The notes under the pieces were generated by a model. The model was given only the letters and a program-made list of their open reading frames with translations. It did not search any database and had not been told where the DNA came from. From Candidatus Acidulodesulfobacterium ferriphilum (GTDB lineage Bacteria > SZUA-79 > Acidulodesulfobacterales > Acidulodesulfobacteraceae): a stretch of 32,000 nt of DNA. Below, in pieces: positions 1-10,093 of this stretch. The stretch lies in assembly GCA_004195035.1 (NCBI GenBank), contig SGBD01000001.1:384368-416367 (forward strand). The letters are read 5' to 3'. The position numbers were made by a program, and so were the translations under genes. The first letter of the stretch is position 1, and every line of letters begins with the position of its first letter.

Positions 1-53
1 GAAGCAAATATATCCCCTGAAAGTTCTCCTGCGATAATAAGTACTTTTGCCAA
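1..53 (-). CDS. lpxB: Lipid-A-disaccharide synthase LpxB, N-terminal ~17 codons only (gene runs off the left edge)
   Basis: The reverse complement of 1-53 reads TTG-AKVLIIAGELSGDIFAS, which fits the conserved LpxB N-terminus (I-x-AGE-x-SGD). It lies directly downstream of lpxI. The start is uncertain (TTG at 53 or ATT at 71; in-frame stop at 75-77). Confidence 0.45.
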   Translation of the reverse strand, partial: MAKVLIIAGELSGDIFA

Positions 54-85
54 TTTTCGTCGGGCTTTAATAGTTTAACATAAAT

Positions 86-889
86 TTACATTACATATAT
101 GGAAATGGATGATTCGTTCGCCTTTTTAATAAACTCTTCTTTGTTTAGAACAATAGTGTTGGCTTCGAATGCTAAACAAGTAGCATTAACCGACATAAGT
201 GCATCTATCGTATTGCCGCCGACGGCAGGAACATCAAATCTTAAATCCTGGTTCGGCTTGTTGACTTTTACGACGACAGCCCCGCCGCTTGCAAGTTTTC
301 CTCCTCTTATAATTGCTTCATCCGTTCCCTCTATCGCTTCTAATGCCATAACTGATTTATCCTTTATAACGGCGGTCTGTCCAATATCGGCGGCGGCAAT
401 CAATCTTGCGGCATTCAATCCAAAGCCGATATCGTCCATTTCTTTTTTAGTGGGAACCCGTTTAGAAGCAACGCCCTTTGGCAGGAAAATAGAGGTTATA
501 TACTTAGTTTGCGGAACTACGGTTATGCCTTCTTTTTCAAAGAAATTGCAAATTGCGTTCAAGATAGTATCATCCCTTTTATCTTTAAGCGATAAAAAAA
601 GCGTGATAGCCTTTAAATCCGGTTTGACCTTTTTAAACATAAGGGTTTTTTTTACCTTGCCTGCCATAATTACATCTCTAACCCCAACGGAATTAAAAAA
701 TTTTACCAATTTTCCGAGCTGGCCGACGCTTATATAAACAATCGAATCCGTATGCTCCGCCAAACCCTTGTCGGCTTCTTCCTCTATCGCGCACACATGC
801 ACGGAATACCCTTTGGATTTTAGTTCATTTATGTATATTAAAGGAAACTCTCCGTAACCGGCAATTATTCCAATATTTTTATCTTCCAT
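86..889 (-). CDS. lpxI: UDP-2,3-diacylglucosamine hydrolase LpxI (DUF1009 family)
   Basis: 267-aa ORF. It has IGIIAG-G-FP at the N-terminus and DIGQTAV...EAIEGTD...VK..KP.QD.R.D.P.VG motifs typical of LpxI. It sits between lpxA and lpxB. Confidence 0.8.
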   Translation of the reverse strand: MEDKNIGIIAGYGEFPLIYINELKSKGYSVHVCAIEEEADKGLAEHTDSIVYISVGQLGKLVKFFNSVGVRDVIMAGKVKKTLMFKKVKPDLKAITLFLSLKDKRDDTILNAICNFFEKEGITVVPQTKYITSIFLPKGVASKRVPTKKEMDDIGFGLNAARLIAAADIGQTAVIKDKSVMALEAIEGTDEAIIRGGKLASGGAVVVKVNKPNQDLRFDVPAVGGNTIDALMSVNATCLAFEANTIVLNKEEFIKKANESSISIYVM

Positions 890-898
890 AAATAAAAG

Positions 899-1669
899 TT
901 ACCTTGTTATGCCCCTTTTGGATTTTTCGATAAAATTAGTAAACTTTTCTATTTTATCCGAACCGTTTAACTCCAGTTTTATTTTTTCTAATGCGGCTTT
1001 GGTGGTAACTTTTGATTTATATATAATTTTAAAGGCATTTTTTATTTTATCTATTTCTTCTTTTGAAAAACCCCTCCTTTCCAAGCCTATTCTATTTATC
1101 CCGTATATCCTTGCCCTGTCTCCAGATGCAATAAGATACGGCGGAATATCCTGAACAACCATCGAACCGCCGGCAACTAAAGCCGATTCGCCGACTCTGA
1201 CAAACTGATGAACGGCGCAAATACCTCCCAATATGGCATAATCGTGAATCTCGATATGGCCCGCTAATGTCGCATTATTTGCGAGAATTACATGATTACC
1301 GATAATACAATCATGCGCCACATGAACATGCATCATAAACAGGTTAGAATCGCCGACCGCGGTAATACCGTTTCCCGTTACGGTTCCGGTATTAAATGTC
1401 GCATATTCCCTTATGATGTTATTATTGCCTATGATAAGTTTTGTATCTTCCCCTCTGTATTTAAGGTCCTGCGGAATTGAACCTATAGAAGCAAATTGAA
1501 ATATTTTATTGTTATCCCCTATCGTGGTATTTCCTTCTATAACGACATGGGAAGCGATTTTATTATTCTTGCCGATTTTTACGCCGTCTTTGATAACGGT
1601 ATATGGCCCTACATCCGTTGAGTCGTCTATTCTGGCGCCTTCATAAATAATTGCGGTTTTATCTATCAT
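899..1669 (-). CDS. lpxA: Acyl-ACP--UDP-N-acetylglucosamine O-acyltransferase LpxA
   Basis: 256-aa ORF with left-handed beta-helix hexapeptide repeats, followed by a C-terminal helical domain (GLERRGFS..EI..IK.AF). Its position after fabZ is the canonical order. Confidence 0.9.
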   Translation of the reverse strand: MIDKTAIIYEGARIDDSTDVGPYTVIKDGVKIGKNNKIASHVVIEGNTTIGDNNKIFQFASIGSIPQDLKYRGEDTKLIIGNNNIIREYATFNTGTVTGNGITAVGDSNLFMMHVHVAHDCIIGNHVILANNATLAGHIEIHDYAILGGICAVHQFVRVGESALVAGGSMVVQDIPPYLIASGDRARIYGINRIGLERRGFSKEEIDKIKNAFKIIYKSKVTTKAALEKIKLELNGSDKIEKFTNFIEKSKRGITR

Positions 1670-1696
1670 AAACCCTTTTATCCTTAAATATATTTT

Positions 1697-2164
1697 TTAT
1701 GGTTTTACAAAAGAAGCCATAAGGTCTGCCTCTGCGCATAATTTTCCGTCAACTAAGGCTTTCCCGTGAAACATCCATATAAACTGCTTTCTTTTAACAA
1801 GCTCGACATTCAATACTATAGTGCTTCCAGGGAAAATCGGTTTTCTAAATCTTGCCTTATCTATTCCCATAAAATAAGTGAGCATATTTTTTAGATCGTC
1901 GTCTTCTTCCGTTTTATATGCAAGAATTCCCCCTGCCTGAGCTAATGCCTCCAGAATAAGCACTCCTGGCATAACGGGATAGGACGGGAAGTGCCCCTGA
2001 AAAAACGGCTCATTAATTGTGGTATTTTTAATAGCGGTAATAGATTTTCCTTTTTCGAGCGCAATAACCTTATCCACCATAAGAAAAGGAAATCTATGCG
2101 GAAGAAGATTTAGTATCTCCTGAATACCTATTTCCGTTAAATTTGAAGACCCTTCATTAATCAT
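1697..2164 (-). CDS. fabZ: 3-hydroxyacyl-ACP dehydratase FabZ
   Basis: 155-aa ORF with LPHRFPFLMVD, FFQGHFP..PVMPGVL..EA.AQ hot-dog fold signature. Confidence 0.92.
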   Translation of the reverse strand: MINEGSSNLTEIGIQEILNLLPHRFPFLMVDKVIALEKGKSITAIKNTTINEPFFQGHFPSYPVMPGVLILEALAQAGGILAYKTEEDDDLKNMLTYFMGIDKARFRKPIFPGSTIVLNVELVKRKQFIWMFHGKALVDGKLCAEADLMASFVKP

Positions 2165-2167
2165 TTT

Positions 2168-3211
2168 TTAGTCCCTTGTCTTTTCGATATCTTTTATTCT
2201 TTTAAAAAGTTCGGGGAGTCTTTTGAATAGCACAACCGAACTGCGCCAATCTTTAATAGAAAAAGCCGGGGAACCGGATATGATGTCGTTATCCTTTATG
2301 TTATGCGCAACGCCCGACTGTGCCGCTATTATAACGCCGTTCCCTATCCTGATGTGCCCTGCAATACCCACCTGCCCGCCGATCGTCACATTATCTCCTA
2401 CCTCCGAACTGCCGGCAATTCCGGTTTGTGCGGCAATAACGCAATTGCTGCCGATTATTACATTATGAGCAATCTGGGACAGATTGTCTATCTTTGTTCC
2501 CCTGCCTATTTTAGTAAAATCGGCAACACCCCTATCGACGGTAACATTGGCGCCTAATTCGACATCGTCATCCAGAATAACATAACCTGAATGAATAATT
2601 TTCACATAGCCGTTTTTATCTCTGGCATACCCAAATCCGTCGCTTCCTATAACGGAACCTGAATGAATTATGCAGTTATTACCTATTTTAGAATTGTCGT
2701 AAACGGTAACATTCGGATAAATCTTGACGCTGTCCCCTATCTTAACATTTTTTCCGATAAAAACATTGCTCATTATATTGCAATCTTTACCTATAACCGA
2801 ACCGGCATCTACAAAAACGCCCGGGTATAATATAGAGTTTTCGCTTATTAACGCAGTTTTATCGACTCTGGCATATTGCAGAAAATCCTTAGAAACCGTT
2901 TTGTCTAAACTATTCTTCCCGCTAAATAACTGCGTTGCTTTTGCAAAGGCTAAATAAGGATTTTTTGAGTCGAGTATAAGGAATTTAATTCCCGAAGGAA
3001 GTTCCCGTTTTAAAGACTCGTAATCCATAATTACCGCACAAGCCTTTGTTTCGCTAAGATATTTAAGATATTTTAAATTTGAAATAAACGAAATCTCATC
3101 GCTTTTCGCTCCCTGCAAAGAGCCTGCTCCCGAAATAAAAATATCTGCCGGAAGTTTGCCTATGCTGTGTAAAGATAACTTTGAAACAATGTCGTTAAGC
3201 GGTATGGCCAT
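2168..3211 (-). CDS. lpxD: UDP-3-O-acylglucosamine N-acyltransferase LpxD
   Basis: 347-aa ORF with an N-terminal uridine-binding region, a long hexapeptide-repeat beta-helix and a C-terminal helix. It follows the lpxD-fabZ-lpxA order. Confidence 0.9.
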   Translation of the reverse strand: MAIPLNDIVSKLSLHSIGKLPADIFISGAGSLQGAKSDEISFISNLKYLKYLSETKACAVIMDYESLKRELPSGIKFLILDSKNPYLAFAKATQLFSGKNSLDKTVSKDFLQYARVDKTALISENSILYPGVFVDAGSVIGKDCNIMSNVFIGKNVKIGDSVKIYPNVTVYDNSKIGNNCIIHSGSVIGSDGFGYARDKNGYVKIIHSGYVILDDDVELGANVTVDRGVADFTKIGRGTKIDNLSQIAHNVIIGSNCVIAAQTGIAGSSEVGDNVTIGGQVGIAGHIRIGNGVIIAAQSGVAHNIKDNDIISGSPAFSIKDWRSSVVLFKRLPELFKRIKDIEKTRD

Positions 3212-3260
3212 AAAAAATAAAAATTAAAATACGATTTATATTATATGATATTACAATATC

Positions 3261-3794
3261 TTATTTTGAGTTCATCTGCGTTAAAACTTCATTTGTAATA
3301 TCAATCCCCTGAGCCCTGTAAACTACGCTTGGTCTGTCGATAACAAGCTGGTAGCCGTTTTTCTTTGCAATTGCGGTTATAATAGCAGTGGCTTTATCTA
3401 CTATTCCTTTTAAAAGCGTATATCTTTTTTCTGCCATAGCACCCTGAACATGCTTCTCCTCGGCTCTAAACTTTGAAATATCCGTTTCAAACTCCTTTGT
3501 CTTATGCGCCTTTTCGCTGGCCGACATTATAGAGCCGTTCTGCTTCAAATCATTTTGAATCGCGGCTATTTTTTTTCTCATCGTTAACAATCTGGCGGTA
3601 TATGTGGAATACAAAGCCTTTAGCTCCGCATTAGCTTTTTTGCCCTGATTTGACATCGAAATAATATTTTGCATATTAACTACGGCAATGGAGGAACCCG
3701 CCGCCCATACATTTTTTGAATTTGAATAAGTTAATGCCATGGCGAATAAAGTTAAAATTACCGCAAGACTTAAATTAAAAATTAATCTTTTCAT
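3261..3794 (-). CDS. skp: Periplasmic chaperone Skp/OmpH
   Basis: 177-aa ORF with a signal peptide (..TYSNSKNVWA), a coiled-coil-rich middle and a C-terminal ...YQLVIDR..VVY motif typical of OmpH. It lies immediately downstream of bamA. Confidence 0.8.
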   Translation of the reverse strand: MKRLIFNLSLAVILTLFAMALTYSNSKNVWAAGSSIAVVNMQNIISMSNQGKKANAELKALYSTYTARLLTMRKKIAAIQNDLKQNGSIMSASEKAHKTKEFETDISKFRAEEKHVQGAMAEKRYTLLKGIVDKATAIITAIAKKNGYQLVIDRPSVVYRAQGIDITNEVLTQMNSK

Positions 3795-3830
3795 ACAATC
3801 TCCTTGTTTTATTTTTTATTTTTTTTATTG

Positions 3831-6575
3831 CTAAATACCAGGAAAACTCTGACCCAGGCTAAACTGAATCCTCGTCGGATTATTCCCGTTTATCGGCGTT
3901 CCAAGTATTTTGCCATAAGTAATAGTTATGGGTCCAAACGGGGAATACCAGTTAAAACCGATTCCCGCCGCCTGAACGAGGTCCAATGGAAATACCGGTT
4001 CGCTCTGCCCCCATGCATTACCCGCATTCCACCATAAAAATCCATAAAAGCCCATCTTTTTAAGAATGGGTACTGAATATTTTGCCTGAACCGTAAACAT
4101 CTTTGTTCCGCCGATAAGCAAGCCGTTTTGCGAGGGACCGACGGAATCGTACATAAATCCTAAAAGCGGGTATGTATTCATTATACCGCCGACAAAAAAT
4201 CTCTGGTATATCGGCAATGCAACGGAAGACCTGGTTGAAGTTACATAACCTGCCTGCGCCCCCTGCATGAAAGATGTCCCCCACCATAACGGTATATAGT
4301 GGTTTGCCTGCGCTACAAATTTGATAAAATCGTCATTGCCGCCGATCGGGGGACCGGCAAAGCTGACCCTGAAACTGTCTAAATTGCCCGCGGTCGGAAC
4401 CATAGGATTATTTAATGTGTTATAAACGGTCGTTAAAGAAGCCTCGCTCGTTATCAATCTCCCCTGAGGCAAAATATTTAAAAGACCGGGAATTATAACC
4501 GATGTGTCTTCCTCTAAAAGGTACCTAAAATATTCCGTAAGCACATTTTTATAAAGCGGATAACCTAAAGTAATCGAACCGCCGACCGAACGATAGGCAA
4601 ATTCATAGTAAAGACCGTTAAAGGTGTCATATAAAGATAAATTAAACGATAAAGGTTTCGCAAAAATATAAGTAAGGTACGGCTGAAGAATATTAAAACT
4701 ATACGACTGATACGGCCCGCCAACCTGAGCATTTAAAGAGGCGGATATTCCCGTCCCAAATAAATTTGACTCGGAGATTGACGATATTGCCATAAAAGCC
4801 GTGGCAGAGCTATACCCGCCGCCAATCGTAAATTTACCCGTATTCTGTTCCTTAACATGCACTTTGACATCTAATATGCTTTCACCCGGAACCTTTTCGG
4901 TGGTGATGGCGACATGCTTAAAATACATCAAGTTTTTTAAATTTTGTCTCGATATTTTTATAAGCTTTGGGTTATATTCCTCGCCGGGGTAAAGAGCGAG
5001 CGCTCTAAGTATGACATAGCTGTAAGTAACATCATTTCCGGTTATCGTAATTTTGCCGAATTTTGCAATCTTACCCTTATGAACGATTAGTTTAATCAAA
5101 ACAGAATTTGTTTTTTGTCTGATTTTTATGGACGGCTCGACATTCGCAAAGGCATACCCTTTATTTGTGTAGAACTTGGTAATATTCAGTATCTCTTTTT
5201 CTATATATTGCCTGTTAAAAATATCCCCCACTTTTGTGATTATAAGTTTTTTAACGGAAATATATTCCCCCGAATCCTTTTTAACATTTTTTATTTCAAG
5301 GTCAACATTCGATATTCTATACTGCGGCCCTTGGACTATCTTTATGATAATTGTTACATACTTCTTATTTTTAGAGAAAATGAATACGGGTTTTCTGACC
5401 CTTACATTTATATAACCGTGATTATAGTAAAAACCTAATAATTTAATAATCTGGTTATTTAATTTTGCTTTCTTGAACTTTCCCGCACCCGTTATCCATG
5501 TCAGCAGATTAACCGTCTTTATGCCCATCACGGATTGAAGCTTTGCCGAAGGGAAAGAGCTGTTGCCTTCAAATTCAACTTTCTCAACCATTACGGGGGA
5601 ATTTTCGTTTATAAGAAAATGGATGCCGATATAATTGCCTTGAAAGGTTGTCTTTTTTACTTTTATCTTCGCATTATAATATCCCTCGGCCGAATATATA
5701 AATTTAAGAATTTTTAACGCCTTATCTAAGCCATAAGAGCTATAAGGCGAATTAACCTTCAGATTTATTACCTTCTTGATTTTCTTTACGCTTACGGAGG
5801 CGTTTCCCGAATATTTAATGTATTTAATGTACGGTCTTTCGGACACTATAAAAGTAACCGCCAGCCCTTCGGGTACGGCCCGGGCATTAACCATTATATT
5901 TTTAAAATACCCTGTTTTATAAAGGTCTTTAACGCTTTCGTTGATTTTTTTAATCGAATAATAACCCCCTTTTTTTATCTTAATCTTGCTTGCGATAAAT
6001 GAAGCGCCCGTCCTTATATTACCTTTTACCCTGATAGAATAAATCTTTTTTGAAACAGGCACATGCTTTTTGATTTTTTCCGCTTTTAAGCGGCTCAAAA
6101 TTAACGAGGACACCTTTTGGGATAAGGTATAAATGCTTTTTTCCAAAGACTTTTTACCGGCGCCCGAATATTTTACCGTTTTGGAGTTATAAATATCCGC
6201 GGCCTCTATCAGCATGGCATGAATTTCGTAATGAGATCCAAACCTTGCGATGCTGCCTGTTATAATATAATTTGAATGATATTTTATGCCAAGCCTTTTT
6301 ATTCCGGCAAGGTTCATCTTTGTATTAAAATTAAAATACGGCGGTTTTTTAAGGAGCGTGTATGCTAATACAAAGTATGGTTTTTTTGAATCCATATAGG
6401 TTTTAAAAACATCGGTAAACGATTTATCTATATTTTTTAATGCCGGAGTCCCCTTTTGATGGAAAAAACCGACAAACACATCCTTGTTGTTTAATAAGGC
6501 ATAAGCTTTTGTCGAATTTAAAAAAACAACAAAAGAAATGAAAAGTAAAAATAAAGACAATCTGAAAAATTTCAT
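3831..6575 (-). CDS. bamA: Outer membrane protein assembly factor BamA, with ~150-aa extra N-terminal domain
   Basis: 914-aa ORF with a signal peptide (..NSTKAYA), POTRA-like repeats starting near aa 178 (IYSIRVKGN...) and a C-terminal Omp85 barrel ending ...RIQFSLGQSFPGI. Confidence 0.9.
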   Translation of the reverse strand: MKFFRLSLFLLFISFVVFLNSTKAYALLNNKDVFVGFFHQKGTPALKNIDKSFTDVFKTYMDSKKPYFVLAYTLLKKPPYFNFNTKMNLAGIKRLGIKYHSNYIITGSIARFGSHYEIHAMLIEAADIYNSKTVKYSGAGKKSLEKSIYTLSQKVSSLILSRLKAEKIKKHVPVSKKIYSIRVKGNIRTGASFIASKIKIKKGGYYSIKKINESVKDLYKTGYFKNIMVNARAVPEGLAVTFIVSERPYIKYIKYSGNASVSVKKIKKVINLKVNSPYSSYGLDKALKILKFIYSAEGYYNAKIKVKKTTFQGNYIGIHFLINENSPVMVEKVEFEGNSSFPSAKLQSVMGIKTVNLLTWITGAGKFKKAKLNNQIIKLLGFYYNHGYINVRVRKPVFIFSKNKKYVTIIIKIVQGPQYRISNVDLEIKNVKKDSGEYISVKKLIITKVGDIFNRQYIEKEILNITKFYTNKGYAFANVEPSIKIRQKTNSVLIKLIVHKGKIAKFGKITITGNDVTYSYVILRALALYPGEEYNPKLIKISRQNLKNLMYFKHVAITTEKVPGESILDVKVHVKEQNTGKFTIGGGYSSATAFMAISSISESNLFGTGISASLNAQVGGPYQSYSFNILQPYLTYIFAKPLSFNLSLYDTFNGLYYEFAYRSVGGSITLGYPLYKNVLTEYFRYLLEEDTSVIIPGLLNILPQGRLITSEASLTTVYNTLNNPMVPTAGNLDSFRVSFAGPPIGGNDDFIKFVAQANHYIPLWWGTSFMQGAQAGYVTSTRSSVALPIYQRFFVGGIMNTYPLLGFMYDSVGPSQNGLLIGGTKMFTVQAKYSVPILKKMGFYGFLWWNAGNAWGQSEPVFPLDLVQAAGIGFNWYSPFGPITITYGKILGTPINGNNPTRIQFSLGQSFPGI

Positions 6576-6606
6576 TTTAATAACCTATCAAATAATAAAT
6601 TATATG

Positions 6607-7344
6607 TCAATTTATATGTTCTATGATACCGTTTACGATTTTAATTTTATGTCCCATCATATTTGAAAACTCTTCGTCATGAGTAACGACAATCAGCGTC
6701 TTATTATATTTTTTATTTAGATTTATAATTATCTCGTGTAGTTTTTCCGCATGTCTCGGGTCTAAATTACCCGTCGGTTCGTCCATTAAAACAACCTTTG
6801 GAGAGCCTATAAGAGCCCTTGCAATTGCCGCCCTCTGTTGTTCCCCTCCCGAAAGCGTATACGGCTTAAAATTCAGCCTGTGTTCAAGCCCCAGCTCGCA
6901 TAAATAATCGCGCGCAATTTTTAACGCCTTCGCTTTTGGTTCATTCCTTATATATAGCGGCATGGCAACATTTTCAATACAGCTGAATTCGTTTAAAAGA
7001 TAATGAAACTGAAAAACAAAACCTATATTTTCGTTGCGAAATTCGGAAAGTCTTTTATCCGTCAGCCCGTATATATCTGCATTTTCAAAATACCCGACAC
7101 TTCCCGAATCCGGTTTTAAAAGCGTCCCCATAATGTGAAGCAGAGTGCTTTTGCCTGTGCCCGATTCCCCTGTTATTGCAAATGTCTCGCCGGCTTTTAT
7201 TTCTAAATCGGCTGCGTCAAGAATGCTGACGGTTTCGTCCCCCGTTTTAAATATTTTGCTTACCTTCCTTAAGCATATTGCAGGTGAGGTTGGCTCCGCC
7301 GGTCCTGCGGACCGCTGATTTTCAATTCCATGATATTTATTCAT
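6607..7344 (-). CDS. lolD: Lipoprotein-releasing ABC transporter ATP-binding protein LolD
   Basis: 245-aa ORF with Walker A GESGTGKST, signature LSGGEQQR and Walker B VLMDEPTGNLD. It overlaps the upstream LolC/E-type permease gene by 8 nt. Confidence 0.85.
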   Translation of the reverse strand: MNKYHGIENQRSAGPAEPTSPAICLRKVSKIFKTGDETVSILDAADLEIKAGETFAITGESGTGKSTLLHIMGTLLKPDSGSVGYFENADIYGLTDKRLSEFRNENIGFVFQFHYLLNEFSCIENVAMPLYIRNEPKAKALKIARDYLCELGLEHRLNFKPYTLSGGEQQRAAIARALIGSPKVVLMDEPTGNLDPRHAEKLHEIIINLNKKYNKTLIVVTHDEEFSNMMGHKIKIVNGIIEHIN

Positions 7345-8581
7345 GTCTTACGCCCTCAGCAGGATCTATTTTGCTTGCTTTATAGGAAGGGTACAGCGTT
7401 GCTATAAAGCTTAAAAAAAGGGCGCTGGATCCGATAACTATAAACTCGCCCGGGGTCATTCTTACAGGCAGGGTTGTTATGTAATAAACAGAGGACGGCA
7501 GGCTTATTATATGATAAGTCTTTTCAAGGTAACCGATTAAAAAACCCGATATAAGCCCGAGCGAAGTTCCGACAAGACCTATTATGATGCCCTGGGCCAT
7601 AAAAATAATCATTATATCCCTCGAACTTGCACCTATAGATTTTAATATGGCTATGTCTTTGCGTTTTTCCATAACAACCATAATCAATGTAGAAATAATA
7701 TTAAATGCCGCCACTAATACAATTAAGGAAAGTATAATAAACATAGTAAGCTTTTCCAATCTTATGGCGGAAAATAGGTTTTTGTTAAGTTCCTCCCAGC
7801 TTAACGCATAAAAAGAGGATGACGGCTTTTTGTTTAATATTCTCTCTATCTTTTTTGCGTAGAGGTTTGCAAGCCCTATCTTATCAAGTTTAACCTCCAT
7901 TCCCGTTACGGTGCCGCGGGGTAATCCCAAAAACATCTGCGCATTTTTTATAGAGATAAAAGAAAATGTGGAGTCGTAATTGTACATGCCGCTGTTTATA
8001 ATTCCGCAAACGGTGAACCTTTCGGTTTTCGGCACAATACCAAACGGGGTCATCTGCCCTTCGGGAGACATTATAAGCACCTTATCCCCTACCGAAACCC
8101 CGAGGTTTTGCGCCAGAACCTTTCCAAGCACTATACCGTTGTACTTTTTGCCGTTAAGCCCGTTTAAACTCCCTTTAATTAAATACTTTTTTAGATTTGT
8201 TACCTTTTCCTCCGTTTTAATATCGATTCCTCTTAAGACGCTGCCTGTTGAGGTACCGGCGGAAGAAATCATAACATCCGTATAAATGAAAGGTGAAACG
8301 CTTTTAACCCCTTTTATGGCGGATATATCTTTCATCACGCCGTCATAATGATTAATGGAGCTGTTATAATTTAAAACAATAATTTGAGATTCGATTCCGA
8401 TAACTTTGTTTTCGAGCGCACGGTCGAAACCGCTCATTACCGATATAACTACAATCAAAGCCATCACGCCTATCGCTATGCCCGATATAGATATAAAACT
8501 CAGCAAAGATATAAAGGAGTTATTTTTCGGCTTTAAATAACGAAGAGCAATATTTGTATGAAAATTCATATCATCGGTCAT
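7337..8581 (-). CDS. lolC: Lipoprotein-releasing system permease, LolC/LolE family (single copy)
   Basis: 414-aa ORF with N-terminal NIALRYL... plus TM1, a large periplasmic MacB-like domain and a C-terminal FtsX domain with 3 TM segments. Confidence 0.85.
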   Translation of the reverse strand: MTDDMNFHTNIALRYLKPKNNSFISLLSFISISGIAIGVMALIVVISVMSGFDRALENKVIGIESQIIVLNYNSSINHYDGVMKDISAIKGVKSVSPFIYTDVMISSAGTSTGSVLRGIDIKTEEKVTNLKKYLIKGSLNGLNGKKYNGIVLGKVLAQNLGVSVGDKVLIMSPEGQMTPFGIVPKTERFTVCGIINSGMYNYDSTFSFISIKNAQMFLGLPRGTVTGMEVKLDKIGLANLYAKKIERILNKKPSSSFYALSWEELNKNLFSAIRLEKLTMFIILSLIVLVAAFNIISTLIMVVMEKRKDIAILKSIGASSRDIMIIFMAQGIIIGLVGTSLGLISGFLIGYLEKTYHIISLPSSVYYITTLPVRMTPGEFIVIGSSALFLSFIATLYPSYKASKIDPAEGVRHE

Positions 8582-8583
8582 TT

Positions 8584-10074
8584 TTACTTGTTAACGGGTT
8601 TAAGCAACGGAAATAATATAACATCTCTAATGGAATACGAATTCGTTAAAAGCATAACAATCCTGTCTATGCCTATACCGCAGCCGGCAGTGGGGGGAAG
8701 CCCCTGTTTCAGCGCCTCGATGTAGTCGTCGTCCATTTCCACAGGAAGTCCTTCTTTAATTTTTGCATCCACCTGCGACTTAAACCTTTCTTCCTGATCG
8801 AACGGGTCATTAAGCTCCGAAAAGGCATTTCCTATTTCCCTTCCTGCTATGAATAGCTCAAACCTGTCCGCAACCGAGGGATCTTCATCGTTCCTTCTCG
8901 CTAAAGGCGAGCTTTCGACGGGATAATCCGTCACAAAAGTAGGATTTATAAGTTTCGGCTCCACCGTTTCATCGAATAAAAGGGTTAATAGTTCGCCATA
9001 GCTGTCATTTCTGCTTATATTAGAAACATTTTTTGCCGTTAGGATGTCATAAATCTTTGAGGCGGAATCTACTTCTTCGGGCTTGAATCCCGCAATTTCG
9101 AAAAGGCTGTCCTTTAATTTTATTCTTTTAAAGGGGGGAGTAAAATCTAATTTTTCAGAGGCATAGTCGATTTGAAGATTCCCGCAAATATGTTTTGCGA
9201 GTTCGGAAAGCATCTCCTCGACAAAATTCATTAAATATTCGTGCGTCGCGTATGCCATATAAAATTCTAACATCGTAAATTCGGGGTTGTGTTTTACGGA
9301 AATGCCTTCGTTGCGAAAATTTCTCCCAATTTCGTACACCCTGTCAAAGCCGCCTACGACTAATCTTTTTAAATACAACTCTGGCGCTATTCGCATATAA
9401 AGTTCTAAATTAAGGGCGTTATGATGCGTTTTAAAAGGCCTTGCCGTTGCGCCACCCGGGTTAGTCTGCATAACCGGCGTTTCAACCTCTAAAAATTCGT
9501 TGGAATTTAAAAAGGAGCGTATAAAATTAATCGTCTGCGCCCTTTTTTTAAATATCTCGCGCGCCCCCTCGTTTGCTATTAAATCTATATATCTTTTTCT
9601 GAAACGGGCCTCGATGTCCTTAAGCCCGTGCCATTTTTCAGGCAAAGGCAAAATAGATTTAGTCAGGATGCCGATACGCTCTACTTTTATCGTCAGTTCA
9701 TTTGTTTTTGTCCTGAAAAGATGTCCCTCCACCCCGACAATATCTCCCGCATCGATAAATTCGGTAAAAAGCTCAAAATCACCATCTTTTACCGTACCTT
9801 TTTGGATATAACACTGTATCTCCCCTTCGCCGTCCCGAAGCCTGAAAAACGAAGCCTTGCCAAAATTTCTTATGATAAGAATTCTGCCGGCAGTTTTTAC
9901 GCCTGCCGTATTTTTTTCAAAAAACTCTCTGTCTTTTGAATTATATTCGCCTATAATCTCTTTAATATTTTCTTCTTTTATAAAATTATTATCAAAAGGG
10001 TTTATCCCTTTTTCTTTTAATTTTTTTAGCTTTTCAATGCGCCCTTTTTCGACAAGATTTAGCTCCTGTTCCAA
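8584..10074 (-). CDS. lysS: Lysine--tRNA ligase (class II)
   Basis: 496-aa ORF with an N-terminal OB anticodon-binding domain and class II motifs (..YEIGRNFRNEG.., ..GCGIGIDRIVMLLT..). Confidence 0.95.
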   Translation of the reverse strand: MEQELNLVEKGRIEKLKKLKEKGINPFDNNFIKEENIKEIIGEYNSKDREFFEKNTAGVKTAGRILIIRNFGKASFFRLRDGEGEIQCYIQKGTVKDGDFELFTEFIDAGDIVGVEGHLFRTKTNELTIKVERIGILTKSILPLPEKWHGLKDIEARFRKRYIDLIANEGAREIFKKRAQTINFIRSFLNSNEFLEVETPVMQTNPGGATARPFKTHHNALNLELYMRIAPELYLKRLVVGGFDRVYEIGRNFRNEGISVKHNPEFTMLEFYMAYATHEYLMNFVEEMLSELAKHICGNLQIDYASEKLDFTPPFKRIKLKDSLFEIAGFKPEEVDSASKIYDILTAKNVSNISRNDSYGELLTLLFDETVEPKLINPTFVTDYPVESSPLARRNDEDPSVADRFELFIAGREIGNAFSELNDPFDQEERFKSQVDAKIKEGLPVEMDDDYIEALKQGLPPTAGCGIGIDRIVMLLTNSYSIRDVILFPLLKPVNK

Positions 10075-10093
10075 ACTAAAGCCCTCCCTATTT

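Noticed and set aside
99-737. A 212-aa plus-strand ORF antisense to lpxI, and all other plus-strand ORFs in the track (for example 9857-10252, 18793-19311, 26912-27313, 31030-31377).
   Set aside because: Each lies entirely within a well-supported minus-strand gene. Their low-complexity, Ser/Leu/Phe/Ile-rich translations show no recognisable motifs, and none has an SD. They are shadow ORFs.
3831-6575. A functional link between the W-N-x-x-W aromatic peptide (darobactin-like flavour) and the bamA gene in the same window.
   Set aside because: bamA lies in a conserved core cluster about 14 kb away from the island, and the co-occurrence is most simply coincidence. The HWNYQW segment is not the darobactin WNWSKSF core and is not C-terminal.
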